Source of the DNA: an uncultured Spirochaetota bacterium
GTDB taxonomy: Bacteria; Spirochaetota; Spirochaetia; SZUA-6; Fen-1364
Direction: 5' to 3'
DNA: 64,000 nt
NCBI GenBank assembly: GCA_963745235.1
Contig: CAVUXE010000003.1
Coordinates: 81,257 to 145,256 of the forward strand
Positions 10,654 through 21,307 of this stretch are shown here, piece by piece. The position numbers and the translations under genes were made by a program. Positions within the stretch are counted from its first letter, which is position 1, and each line of letters opens with the position of its first letter. The notes under the pieces were generated by a model. That model did not search any database. It saw only the letters and a list, made by a program, of their open reading frames with translations, and was not told where the DNA came from.

Positions 10654-11265
10654 GGGCATGGCCATGCGGCGAAACGCGAACGCATGGCCTGCCACGACCA
10701 GGGGAGGGGTTTCGCTCACCACGGCGAAGCCCAGCCTCTGGTAAAGCCGTTGGGCGTCCGGGTTGTCGGTCTCGACGTCCAGAACCATGCGGCTCGCCCC
10801 TGCCCGTCCTGCCTCATCACGGGCCCGGGCGACCAGCAGCGCGCCAATTCCCCTGCCGCGATGCTCGGGATAGACTGCAACGTTGCTGATGTAATACTCG
10901 TCCCTGCGGATCCGTCCCACGGCGGACTGCGACCTCAGCAAGGCCGGGAGACGACGGACCATGTCCGACCTGAGAAGGAGGAGGAGCGCCAGTCCGGTGC
11001 GCAGGTCCTGTGCTCCCTTTGCCTGCCCTGCATACCCAAGGAGCATCCCCCGGACGCCTCCCTCCTCTTCCGCGATCAAGGCGTGCTCATGGCCAAAAAG
11101 CGTCCCCTGGCCCGCTGCAAGTCCTTCGAGGGCCCGCGCTATGCCCGGACCGAAGACCGCGGGGAGAAAGTGCGGTGCGGAAAGGAGCATGAGGCGCGCG
11201 ATGTCAGGTGCATCACCCGCGCGCGCGCCGCGAATCTCCATTCTCTGTGCAAGCTGGGTCACCAC
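10639..11265 (-). CDS. GNAT acetyltransferase
   Basis: ISNVAVYPEHRGRGIG; NPDAQRLYQRLGF. Confidence 0.88.
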   Translation of the reverse strand: MVTQLAQRMEIRGARAGDAPDIARLMLLSAPHFLPAVFGPGIARALEGLAAGQGTLFGHEHALIAEEEGGVRGMLLGYAGQAKGAQDLRTGLALLLLLRSDMVRRLPALLRSQSAVGRIRRDEYYISNVAVYPEHRGRGIGALLVARARDEAGRAGASRMVLDVETDNPDAQRLYQRLGFAVVSETPPLVVAGHAFAFRRMAMPLFPL

Positions 11266-11280
11266 GCACGCTCACTGTTC

Positions 11281-11310
11281 TTGACAACCGGACCGGTCGC
11301 CCCGTATTGT
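11281..11310 (+). promoter_or_regulatory. putative sigma-70 promoter of the peptide ABC operon
   Basis: TTGACA-N18-TATTGT, followed by an AAGGAG RBS. Confidence 0.4.
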
Positions 11311-11338
11311 ACCATGACCATATGAGAAAGGAGAGAGT

Positions 11339-12892
11339 ATGAGAAGACTCATCACGCTGCTAGCGGTTTTTGCCCTGCTGGGGGCGGCTGTCGTCACATG
11401 GGCGCAGGCCAACGACACGCTGGTGTACGGGACCACGGACAAGGTCACCGACATGGACCCGGCAAGCGCTTACGATTTCCATACGTGGGAAATCTTCCAG
11501 AACGTCAGCTCGGGTCTCCTTGCATACACCCCTGGCACCACCAAGATCGTGCCGGGGCTGGCCACGGGCTACACGGTCAGCGAAGGAGGTGACGAGTACA
11601 CCTTCAGCTTGCGAAAGGGAGTGAAGTTCTCCAACGGCAACCCTTTCAACGCAGAGGCGGTGAAGTGGAGCATCGACAGGGTAGCCAAGCTCAATGGGGA
11701 CCCGGCCGCGCTGGTGACCCAGTACGTCAAGTCCGTGGAGGTCGTGGATGACGCCACGGTGAAGTTCATCCTCAAGCAGCCCGTCGGGTACTTCCCCGCG
11801 CTCGTCGCCACCCCCACCTACTTCCCCATGGACCCCAGCGTCTACCCTGAGGACAAGATCGTGAAGGACGTGGGTGAGCTGAACGGCGGGGAGATTGCCG
11901 CCCTCGGGCCGTACAAGCTGACTTCCTTCAAGAGGGATGAAGAGGCGGTCTTCGAGAACAACCCGAACTATTGGGGCAAACAGCCGCCCATCAAGAAGAT
12001 CATCATCCGCTACTTCGCTGACGCAACCACCATGAGGCTGGCCCTCGAGAAGGGGGAGATCGACCTGGCGTTCAAGTCCATGAACCCCTCCGATATCGCT
12101 GACCTGCTGAAAAATACAAAGTACAACTCCTGGAAGATCCCGGGGCCGCAGATCCGCTACCTGTGCTTCGAGACCTCGGAGAGCGTGTTCAAGGAGAAGA
12201 AGGCCCGCCAGGCGGTGGCCGCGCTGATCAACAGGCCGCAGATCAACAGAAGGTCTACCTCGGAGAGAATGCGCCCCTGTACTCCATGATCCCCATGGGC
12301 ATGAGCTATCATACCGACTACTTCAAGTCCACGTGGGGAGACGGGAACGTGGCAGCCGCGGATAAGCTGCTGAAGAGCCTTGGCTACACGAAGGCGAAGC
12401 CCTTCGAGTTCGACCTGTGGTACACCCCGAGCCATTACGGCGACCCCGAGGTGAACATGGCAGAGGTCCTGAAGGCCCAGATGGAGAAGAGCGCGCTCGT
12501 GAAGGTGAACATCAAGTCGGCGGAGTGGGCGACCTACAAGCAGCAGTGGGACCAGAAGCAGATGCCCGCGTTCCTCCTCGGCTGGTATCCCGACTACATC
12601 GATCCGGACGACTACACCTCTCCCTTCGCGCAGACCGAAGGCTCAAAGGGCATGGGGATTTTCTTCACCAACGCGGACTGGGACAAGCTCTTCCTCAAGG
12701 AGCAGTCAGCAAGCGATGACGCCGTGCGCAGACGCCACCTTCGCGAAGATCCAGAAGATGTGGACGGACGAGGTCATGACCGTTCCCATCTTCCAGGGCA
12801 ACCTGTACGTCTTCACGAAGAAGAACCTGACCGGCGTCAGGATCGGACCGACTCTGATCTTCAACTACGACCAGCTGAAGTTCGTGAAATAG
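11339..12892 (+). CDS. family 5 (Opp/Dpp) ABC substrate-binding protein (frameshifts ~12245 and ~12730)
   Basis: Signal peptide; YTFSLRKGVKFSNGNPFNAEAVKWS; GPYKL; GWYPDYIDPD. Confidence 0.9.
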
Positions 12893-12906
12893 AGCAGGCA
12901 ACCGTC

Positions 12907-12940
12907 GTCGGGTCCCCGCCGGGGGACCCGACACCTTTTC
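12907..12940 (+). terminator. GC hairpin between binding-protein and permease genes (partial terminator or mRNA stabiliser)
   Basis: GTCGGGTCCCC-loop-GGGGACCCGAC followed by ACCTTTT. Confidence 0.65.
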
Positions 12941-12946
12941 CTTCCC

Positions 12947-13963
12947 ATGAGACACCTCCTCAGCTACGTCATCACCAGGCTCGTCCTGGCCGTCCCCATG
13001 GTCTTCATCCTGCTGACCCTCGTGTTCGTCGTTCTGCGGGTCATGCCGGGAGACCCGGTGGGCGCCATGCTGGGAGGTCACGCCCCGCAGAAGGTGATCG
13101 ATCAGAAGAAAGAGGAGCTGGGGCTCAACAAGCCAATCACCGTGCAGTACGTGGAATACCTTGGCCAACTCCTCCGCCTGGACCTCGGTGAGTCGATGAT
13201 CTTCAAGCAGAAAGTCAGCCAGCCCATCGTGGAGAAGCTCCCCGCCACCATCGAGCTGACCCTCGCCGGGCTTCTGGTGAGCCTTGGCATCGGCGTGCCG
13301 CTGGGGGCATACGCGGCGCAGCGGAGGCGGACAGGGCGCGACTATGCGGCCCGGCTGTACGCGAATATCGCCTACTGCATACCGGTGTTCTGGATGGGGC
13401 TCATGTTCCAGCTGATCTTCGGGGTGTGGCTGGGGTGGTTCCCGATTGCCGGGAGAACCGGAGCTCGCGTGGACGTCTCCTTGTTCAGCAGGACCGGCTT
13501 TTACCTCTTCGACACGCTGCGCGCTGGCAACATCGGCGCCTTCGTGGACGTCCTGTGGCACCTTGTCCTTCCCGCCGTGACTCTCGGGGTGGTGCTGTCC
13601 GGCATTTTCGTCCGCCTCACCCGGGCGAACATGCTGGACGTCCTGAAGAGCGACTATATCCTGGCAGCCCGGGCGCGGGGGATCCCCGAGCGAAGGGTGG
13701 TGTACAGCCATGGCCTGCGCAACGCGCTCATCCCGGTGGTCACAATGCTGGGGCTCCAGTTCAGCCTCCTCCTGGCGGGGGCAATCCTCACGGAGAGCAC
13801 CTTCTCATGGCCCGGCATGGGCCGCCTGCTCCTGGAACGGATCTACCTGCGGGACTACCCGGTGATCCAGGGGGTGATCATCGTGTACACGCTTTTCGTG
13901 AGCGTCGTATCCCTCCTTGTGGACCTCCTGTACGCGGCCATTGATCCGCGGGTGAAATACTGA
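12947..13963 (+). CDS. peptide ABC permease (DppB/OppB-like)
   Basis: MPGDP, PATIEL, DYILAARARG EAA loop, RDYPVIQG. Confidence 0.92.
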   Translation: MRHLLSYVITRLVLAVPMVFILLTLVFVVLRVMPGDPVGAMLGGHAPQKVIDQKKEELGLNKPITVQYVEYLGQLLRLDLGESMIFKQKVSQPIVEKLPATIELTLAGLLVSLGIGVPLGAYAAQRRRTGRDYAARLYANIAYCIPVFWMGLMFQLIFGVWLGWFPIAGRTGARVDVSLFSRTGFYLFDTLRAGNIGAFVDVLWHLVLPAVTLGVVLSGIFVRLTRANMLDVLKSDYILAARARGIPERRVVYSHGLRNALIPVVTMLGLQFSLLLAGAILTESTFSWPGMGRLLLERIYLRDYPVIQGVIIVYTLFVSVVSLLVDLLYAAIDPRVKY

Positions 13964-14856
13964 TGGGCAATCAGCAGCCGCCCCGCCGCCTCCTGCGCTT
14001 TTCCCCGGCGGCAGGGATCGCGTCACTGATCAGGAAATACGGCGGAGAGTGGTGGATCCTCATGGCGGGCGCTCTCATCATCGTCTTCATCGTTTTCATG
14101 ACGGCGTTCCCGCGGGTTTTCACGCGCTACAGCCCGCTGGACCAGGAGGCGGGCGGTCAGATGACGGCCCCCAGCAGGGCGCATATCATGGGGACGGACA
14201 ACCTGAGCCGCGACGTGTGGGCGCGCGTGGTCTACGGAGCGCAGACCATCCTGGGGGTCGCCCTGGCCGCGGCCCTGATGTCCGCGTTGATCGGCATTCC
14301 CCTTGGCCTGCTCTCCGGCTTTGCCGGCGGCATCTTCGACCGGATCCTTTCCCTCGTCATGGACTCCGTGTATTCGTTCCCGGGGCTGATCCTCGCAATC
14401 GCCTTTGCCGCCATGCTGGGTCCCGGGGTCATCAACATCACCCTCGCGGTGGCCGTGGTCTATATTCCCACATACTTCCGCCTGGTGCGCGGCCAGACCC
14501 TGTCCATCAAGGAAGAGGTCTACGTGGAAGCGGCTCGGGCCATCGGCGCCCGACGCCCGACCATTCTCAGCCGCTACGTGTTCCCCAACGTGATCGCCAC
14601 CGTGGTCGTGATATTCTCCCTGAACATCGCGGATGCCATCATGACCGAGGCAGCGCTTTCCTACATCGGGCTGGGGCTCCCCGCGGGAATTCCGGACTGG
14701 GGGATGGACCTTTCCATGGGGAAGAAGTTCCTTCCATCCGGCATGTGGTGGATGATCACCTTCCCGGGACTCATGATCATGCTCCTTGCCCTCGGCTTCA
14801 CAATGCTCGGCGAAGGTCTGGCCGAGGTGCTCAATCCCCGGCTGCTGGAGAAGTAA
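13963..14856 (+). CDS. peptide ABC permease (DppC/OppC-like)
   Basis: HIMGTDNLSRDVWAR, YVEAARAIGA, EAALSYIGLG. Confidence 0.92.
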   Translation: MGNQQPPRRLLRFSPAAGIASLIRKYGGEWWILMAGALIIVFIVFMTAFPRVFTRYSPLDQEAGGQMTAPSRAHIMGTDNLSRDVWARVVYGAQTILGVALAAALMSALIGIPLGLLSGFAGGIFDRILSLVMDSVYSFPGLILAIAFAAMLGPGVINITLAVAVVYIPTYFRLVRGQTLSIKEEVYVEAARAIGARRPTILSRYVFPNVIATVVVIFSLNIADAIMTEAALSYIGLGLPAGIPDWGMDLSMGKKFLPSGMWWMITFPGLMIMLLALGFTMLGEGLAEVLNPRLLEK

Positions 14857-15837
14857 GTGCAAAGCACCTCGGAGACCATCCTCAGGGTGAACGACCTCAC
14901 CATCCAATACCCGATTTCCATCGGAATCGTTCGCGCCGTGGAAGGGGTGTCATTCACCCTGGCGGACGGGGAAGCGCTGGGGCTGGTGGGTGAGTCGGGA
15001 TGCGGCAAGTCCACCCTGGGGCTGTCCCTCCTCAAGCTCCTCCGCCCGCCCGGTCGGGTCACCGGCGGCAGCATCCTGTATCGCGGGACGGACATCCTGG
15101 GCCTGGACGGGCGCGCCCTGCTTGCGATGCGGGGGCGCAGCATCTCCATGATCTTCCAGAACCCCCTGACGTCGTTGAACCCGCTTTTCACGGTGGAGCG
15201 CCACTTCCTGGAGACCATCCACTTTCACGACCCGTCGATGTCGCGCGGCAAAGCCCTTGCGGCAACGGGGAAAATGCTTACCACCCTCGGCATCGAGGAG
15301 AAGCGGCTTCGGGAATACCCGCACCAGCTCTCCGGCGGGATGCGCCAGAGGATCATGATAGGGCTCGCCCTGATCATGAACCCCGACATCCTGATTGCAG
15401 ACGAGCCCACGACCTCCCTGGACGTGATCGTGGAAGCGGGGTTCACCGAGCTGCTCGCGAACCTGCGGAAGGTCTACAAGCTCTCCATCATCCTCATCAC
15501 GCACAACCTGGGCCTCGTTGCGGAGATCGCGGACCGGATCGCCGTGATGTACGGGGGAAGGATCATGGAGATCGGCTCGGCGCAGGACATTTTCGCCCGG
15601 CCCATGCATCCCTACACGCAGGGGCTGATCGATTGCGTTCCCAACATCCGGCTCGACCAGAAGGAGCTGGTGACGATGCCGGGCAGCCCCCCGACCTGGT
15701 AGCCCCGCCCGTGGGCTGCAGGTTTGCCCCTCGCTGCCCGAAGGTGATGCCCGTGTGCACGGAGCGAATCCCCCGGGCTCCTGGAGCATGCCCCCGAGCA
15801 CAGCGCCGCATGCTGGCTGTACGAGAGGGACGGCTGA
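14857..15837 (+). CDS. peptide ABC ATPase (DppD-like; frameshifts near 3' end)
   Basis: GESGCGKS, LSGGMRQR, ADEPT, HPYTQGL, GCRFAPRCP. Confidence 0.9.
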
Positions 15838-15840
15838 GTC

Positions 15841-16817
15841 ATGGCGACACTCGTTGCGGCCATCGACCTGGTGAAGGACTTCCCCCTCCGCGGCTCCCTC
15901 TTCGACGCTTTCTCCTCCCACCGCGCGGCAGTGCACGCGGTGGATCGGGTCAGCCTCACCTCGCCGAAGGAGAGGTGCTCGGGCTGGCCGGAGAGAGCGG
16001 CTCGGGCAAGTCCACAACGGGACGGCTGCTCCTTCGGCTCCTCGAGCCTACTTCGGGACGGGTCGAGTACCGCGGCAGGGACATCACGGGCCTGGGCACC
16101 CGGGAGCTGGCGGCGTTTCGCTCCCGGGCCCAGATCGTTTTCCAGGATCCCAACTCATCGCTTTCCCCTCGCATGAGCGTCGGACAGGCCATCACGCATC
16201 CCCTGCAGATCCACGGAATCGGGACCGCAGCGGAGCAGAAGGCCCGCGTGCTGGACCTCATGGAGAAGGTCGGGCTCTCCCCGGCCCAGTTCCTCTACCG
16301 AAAGTACCCCCACCAGCTCTCGGGCGGGCAGAGCCAGCGGGTGGTGATCGCCCGGGCGCTGGTCACGCGGCCTGACTTCCTTGTGGCGGACGAGCCCATC
16401 GCCATGGCGGACGTTTCCGTGCGCGCGCTCATCCTGCAGCTCATGCGGCAGCTCAAGGAGGACATGGGGCTCACCTACCTGTTCATCACGCATGACCTGG
16501 CCACTGCGAAGTACCTGTGCGACAGGATCGCCGTGATGTACCTCGGACGGATCGTGGAGGTTGCCCCGCGGGACGAGCTTTTCAGCCGTCCGCACCACCC
16601 CTACACGAAAGCGCTCCTTGCCGCCGTGCCCGTCCCGGATCCCCGGGCCCGGCGCGACAAGAACCTCCCCCGAGGAGAGATCCCCAGCGCGATCGATCCG
16701 CCACCCGGCTGCCACTTCCATCCCCGCTGTCCCTTTGCCGTGGCGAAGTGCAGGGAAGCGCGGCCGCCCCTGCGGGAAATCGCCCCCGGGCACGTGTCCG
16801 CCTGCATCCTGGACTAG
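15841..16817 (+). CDS. peptide ABC ATPase (DppF-like; frameshift ~15960)
   Basis: GESGSGKS, LSGGQSQR, HPYTKALL, GCHFHPRCP. Confidence 0.9.
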
Positions 16818-16894
16818 CCCACAGGCTGTCCGCGGACGGGGACGGGAACGCCTCTCCGGCTCGCCGTTCCCGGGAACCGTCAGTATCTTCTCTC

Positions 16895-18070
16895 ATGCGA
16901 ATAGAACGTCGAATTCGTGGCGCAGTGTGCCTCTCGGTCCATCCCCACGGGTGCGAGGAGCACGTCCAGGAGCAGATTGCCTACATCAGGTCGCAGCCGG
17001 CGCCCGAGGGAGGGCCGCGAAAAGTCCTGATCATCGGGGCCTCCACGGGGTACGGCCTGGCTTCCCGCATCACCGCCGCATTTGGAAACAGGGCGGACAC
17101 TGTTGGCGTTTTCTACGAGCGGCCCGCGGATGACGAGCGGACCGCCTCCGCGGGCTGGTACAACAGCGCGTTCTTCGAAGAGGAAGCGCGGAAGGACGGC
17201 TTGCGGGCGTGGAGCCTGAACGGCGACGCCTTCACAGACGATATCAAGCGCCAGACCCTCGAGCTCGTGCGCACAACCATGGGCCCGGTGGACCTGGTGG
17301 TCTACAGCGTGGCTGCCCCCCGGCGGGGGGAGCACACCTCCTCGCTTCGGCCCATTGGCAAGCCGTTCACGAGCAAGACCGTGAACTTCCAGACCCGCCA
17401 GGTCTATGAGACCACCGTCCCTCCATCGACCGAACAGGAGATCACGGGGACTATTGCCGTGATGGGCGGGGAGGACTGGAAGTTGTGGATCGAGGCGCTG
17501 CGGGGCGCCGGGCTCCTGGCACAGGGCGCCATCACCATTGCATATTCGTACATCGGCTCCGCTCCCATGGCTCCCATCTATAGAAGCGGGACCATCGGCA
17601 GGGCCAAGGAGCACCTGGAGGCGACCGCCCGGGAAATGGATGCGGAGCTTGCCTCCATTGGCGGAAGGGCCATCGTGGCGGTGAACAAGGCGGTCGTGAC
17701 GCTGGCGAGCGCCGCCATCCCCTTCGTGCCTCTCTACATCGCGCTCCTGTACAAGGTCATGAAGGACAGGGGCAGCCACGAAGGCTGCATCGAGCAGATG
17801 AACCGCCTCTTCCGTGATCGGCTGTACACGGGGGGCCCCATCCCCGTGGACGAGGCCGGCCGCATCCGGCTGGACGAGCGGGAGCTTGACGCGGCGGTCC
17901 AGGAGCGAGTGCAGAAACTGATGGAGCAGGTCTCAACGGAGAACCTGCAGCAGCTGTCGGACTTCGAGGGCTACCGCAAGGAGCTTGCCCGCATCTGCGG
18001 TTTCGATTCCCCCGGCGTGAACTACGCGGAGGACGTCGACCCGCGCGTGAGGATTCCGTCGCTGATCTAG
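16895..18070 (+). CDS. fabV: FabV / trans-2-enoyl-CoA (ACP) reductase
   Basis: HPHGC, GASTGYGLASRI, LNGDAF, YSYIG...YRSGTIGRAK, HEGCIEQ. Confidence 0.92.
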   Translation: MRIERRIRGAVCLSVHPHGCEEHVQEQIAYIRSQPAPEGGPRKVLIIGASTGYGLASRITAAFGNRADTVGVFYERPADDERTASAGWYNSAFFEEEARKDGLRAWSLNGDAFTDDIKRQTLELVRTTMGPVDLVVYSVAAPRRGEHTSSLRPIGKPFTSKTVNFQTRQVYETTVPPSTEQEITGTIAVMGGEDWKLWIEALRGAGLLAQGAITIAYSYIGSAPMAPIYRSGTIGRAKEHLEATAREMDAELASIGGRAIVAVNKAVVTLASAAIPFVPLYIALLYKVMKDRGSHEGCIEQMNRLFRDRLYTGGPIPVDEAGRIRLDERELDAAVQERVQKLMEQVSTENLQQLSDFEGYRKELARICGFDSPGVNYAEDVDPRVRIPSLI

Positions 18071-18158
18071 GGCCGCCGCTCCGTCCCCGGCCGCGGCTGA
18101 AGCGCCGCTGAAAGCGCTGCCTTTACCCGCCCCCCTCTCCCCTGCTATCCTCGATTTC

Positions 18159-19238
18159 ATGGACACGTCCACCCTCGTGAAGGAGCTCGTGGAAGCGCGC
18201 GGCGCCTCGGGGTACGAGACCGAAGTCCGCGAGGTGGTGAAGAAGCGCTTCAGCGAGTTCGCCCACGAGGTGAGGGTGGACGCCCTGGGCAACCTGATTG
18301 CCCTGCGCAGGGGTGAAGGCGCCTCCGCTCCGCGGCCGTGCGTCATGCTCGCCGGTCACATGGATGAGATTGCCCTCATGGTGACCCGCTTGGAAAAAGG
18401 GTTCCTCCAGGTCACCCAGATCGGGGGCTTCGATCCCCGGGTGCTTTTTGGCCAGGAGGTGGTGGTTCACGGCTCCCGGGAGCTGCCCGGACTGGTTGTC
18501 AGCGTTCCCCCCCACTTCACGGACCCCTCGGAAAGGGAAAGGCCTGTGCCGCTGGAGAAGCTCTTCATCGATGTCGGGCTTCCGCCGGACGAGGTCACGG
18601 GCACAGTTTCCGTTGGCGACATCGTGACGCTGCGCGGCCGCTATACCCAGCTCACCGGAGGGTACGCGGCGGGCAAGTCGATGGACAACAGGGCGGCCGT
18701 GGCCGCCATCGCGCTGTGCCTGGAAGAGCTGGCCCGGCGAAGACACTCCTGGAACGTGTTCGCGGTGGCCACCGTCCAGGAGGAAGCCTCCATGGCAGGC
18801 GCCGTCACGGGAGCATACGGCATCGACCCCACCATTGCCGTGGCCGTGGATGTCACCTTCGGGATGCAGCCGGGGCTGTCGCCGAACGAAACAGTGAAAA
18901 TGGATGGCGGCCCGAGCATTGCCATCGGACCCAATTTCCACCCGGTCCTCCGCGAGAGGCTCGCCGCGGCAGCGGCGGCGCTGGAGATTCCGCATCAGAC
19001 GGAGGTGATTGCCGGGTCGAGCGGCACCGACGCCTGGGCCATCCAGGTGAGCAGGTCCGGCGTTCCCTGCGGCCTCCTGGGGATTCCCCTCCGGTCCATG
19101 CACACTCCCGTGGAGACTGTCTGCCTGCGGGACATCGAGAGAACGGCAAAGCTCCTGGCGGAGTTCGTCGCCCGGCTCACCCCGGGATTCGAGGACACTC
19201 TTTTTACCCGTGACGCGCTCGCGGGGAGAGGAGCCTGA
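18159..19238 (+). CDS. M42 (TET) aminopeptidase 1
   Basis: GHMDEI, MDNR, QEE, VDVT, MHTP. Confidence 0.9.
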   Translation: MDTSTLVKELVEARGASGYETEVREVVKKRFSEFAHEVRVDALGNLIALRRGEGASAPRPCVMLAGHMDEIALMVTRLEKGFLQVTQIGGFDPRVLFGQEVVVHGSRELPGLVVSVPPHFTDPSERERPVPLEKLFIDVGLPPDEVTGTVSVGDIVTLRGRYTQLTGGYAAGKSMDNRAAVAAIALCLEELARRRHSWNVFAVATVQEEASMAGAVTGAYGIDPTIAVAVDVTFGMQPGLSPNETVKMDGGPSIAIGPNFHPVLRERLAAAAAALEIPHQTEVIAGSSGTDAWAIQVSRSGVPCGLLGIPLRSMHTPVETVCLRDIERTAKLLAEFVARLTPGFEDTLFTRDALAGRGA

Positions 19239-19242
19239 GAAA

Positions 19243-20280
19243 GTGCTGCTGAAGAGGCTCTCGGAGGCTTTCGGCGTCTCGGGGCACGAAGAGCACGTGC
19301 GGTCTCTCATCCTCCAGGAAATCAGAGACCGCGTTGATGAGTGCCGGGTCGACCCGATGGGGAACCTCATCGCCCGCAGGAAAGGACCTGGCTCCTCCGC
19401 GCTGCGCGTGCTCGCTGCCGCGCACATGGATGAAGTCGGTCTCATGGTCACGCAGATCGAGGACACGGGTCTCCTTCGATTCGCGAAAGTCGGCGGCATC
19501 GATGACCGGGTCCTTCCCGCGCGCGCGGTGCTGGTCGGGGACGGCCGCGTGCCGGGGGTCATCGGGTCCAAGCCCGTGCATCTGACGGAGAAGGCCGAGC
19601 GTGACAAGGTCATCGACTTCAAGCAGCTTGCCATCGACATCGGCGCCTCCAGCAAGGGGGAGGCGGAGAGGCTTGTCCGCCGCGGGGACTGCGCCGTGTT
19701 CGCAACCGACTTCCTGGAGCTCGCTTCCACCGGCTCGTGGCGGGCCGTGCGCGGCAAGGCCCTGGATGACCGGGTCGGGTGCGCGCTCCTGGTCGAGCTC
19801 CTGAAGGAAAAGCTGCCCTTCGAGCTCATTGCCGCCTTCACGGTGCAGGAGGAAGTGGGGCTGCGGGGGGCCCGGGTTGCCGCCTACGCGGAGGACCCTG
19901 ACGCCGCGGTAGTCCTGGAGTGCACGGCCGCCAACGAAGTGCCGAGCCGAAAGGACGTGAGCCCCTCCACCCGGCTCGGAGACGGCCCGGCGGTCACGGT
20001 CATGGACAACAGCTTCATTGCGGATCCGCGGATGGTTGAGCACTTTCTCTCCGTTGCCGCCCGCAAGGGCATTCCGGTCCAGGTCAAGCAGCCCACCATC
20101 GGCGGAACCGATGCGGGAGCCATCCAGCGCGTGCGCCGCGGGGTTCCCGCAATCACCATCGCGGTGCCCGCGCGTTACATCCATTCGCCGGCGGCCATCA
20201 TGAACGGGGCGGACTTCGACCACGCGATGGCCCTCGTGCGGGAGGCAATGCCGCGCCTCCCCGACGCCCTGAGAAAGTGA
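19243..20280 (+). CDS. M42 (TET) aminopeptidase 2
   Basis: AHMDEV, LDDR, QEEVGLRGA, GGTDAG, YIHSP; GTG start after GAGGAG. Confidence 0.9.
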   Translation: MLLKRLSEAFGVSGHEEHVRSLILQEIRDRVDECRVDPMGNLIARRKGPGSSALRVLAAAHMDEVGLMVTQIEDTGLLRFAKVGGIDDRVLPARAVLVGDGRVPGVIGSKPVHLTEKAERDKVIDFKQLAIDIGASSKGEAERLVRRGDCAVFATDFLELASTGSWRAVRGKALDDRVGCALLVELLKEKLPFELIAAFTVQEEVGLRGARVAAYAEDPDAAVVLECTAANEVPSRKDVSPSTRLGDGPAVTVMDNSFIADPRMVEHFLSVAARKGIPVQVKQPTIGGTDAGAIQRVRRGVPAITIAVPARYIHSPAAIMNGADFDHAMALVREAMPRLPDALRK

Positions 20281-20281
20281 G

Positions 20282-21307
20282 GTGGACGTGAAGGAGATCA
20301 TCCGGAAGCTGACGGAATGCTACGGGCCCTCGGGACACGAGGCGGGCGTGCGCCAGTTGATCCTGGCTGAGCTCACGGATGGAGGCGTCCTGTCGGGGCG
20401 GAAGATCGAGACGCGCGTGGACGCCATGGGCAACCTCCTGGTGCACCAGAAGGGGAACGGCGGGGGCCGCAAGGTGATGCTTGCGGCGCACATGGATGAG
20501 ATCGGGGTGGTTGTCACGCACGTCGACCAGAGAGGGTTTCTCAGGTTCGGGAGCGTTGGCGGCGTGCGCCCCCTTTCCCTCAGCGGCGGACGCGTTCGGT
20601 TCTCCGACGGGACAGTCGGGGTGATCGGCCTGGAGAAGCTGGAGGACACCGCGAAGATCCCTCCCCTGGAGAAGTACTTCATCGACGTCGGCGCGGCGAG
20701 CCGCGCGGAGTGTCTGATCAAGGTGGGTGACATCGGGTGCTTCCAGCGCCCCTGCGAGGAGCTGGGGGACAGGATGATCGCCAAGGCCATGGACGACAGG
20801 ATCGGGTGCGCCGTTCTCATCCAGGCCCTGCGGGAGCTGCGCGCGTCCCCGCACGACATCTCCTTTGTTTTCACCGTGCAGGAGGAGATCGGGTTGCGCG
20901 GCGCGGTCACCTCGGGATACGGCGCCGAGCCCGATCTGGCCCTTGCCGTGGACGTCACGCTCACGGGGGACACACCCGAGTGTCCTCCCATGGCGGTGGA
21001 GCTGGGCGCCGGCCCGGCCATCAAGATCAAGGACAGCGGGATGCTCACCCACGTGGGAGTGAAGGAGTGGCTCCTGGCCACGGCAGAGCGCGCCGGCATC
21101 CCCCACCAGAGAGAGGTCCTCGTTGCCGGCACCACGGATGCTTCCGCCATCCAGACCACGCGCGCGGGAGTGCCTGCCGGCTGCGTCTCCATCCCGACGC
21201 GCTACGTGCACATGCCCTCGGAAATGGTGGACTACCGCGACGTGCGGGGCGCGGTGCAGCTCCTGGTGCAGGCGCTGTCGGGACCGATCGACATCAGGAG
21301 CCCCTGA
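20282..21307 (+). CDS. M42 (TET) aminopeptidase 3
   Basis: AHMDEI, MDDR, QEEIGLRGA, VDVT, YVHMP. Confidence 0.9.
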   Translation: MDVKEIIRKLTECYGPSGHEAGVRQLILAELTDGGVLSGRKIETRVDAMGNLLVHQKGNGGGRKVMLAAHMDEIGVVVTHVDQRGFLRFGSVGGVRPLSLSGGRVRFSDGTVGVIGLEKLEDTAKIPPLEKYFIDVGAASRAECLIKVGDIGCFQRPCEELGDRMIAKAMDDRIGCAVLIQALRELRASPHDISFVFTVQEEIGLRGAVTSGYGAEPDLALAVDVTLTGDTPECPPMAVELGAGPAIKIKDSGMLTHVGVKEWLLATAERAGIPHQREVLVAGTTDASAIQTTRAGVPAGCVSIPTRYVHMPSEMVDYRDVRGAVQLLVQALSGPIDIRSP

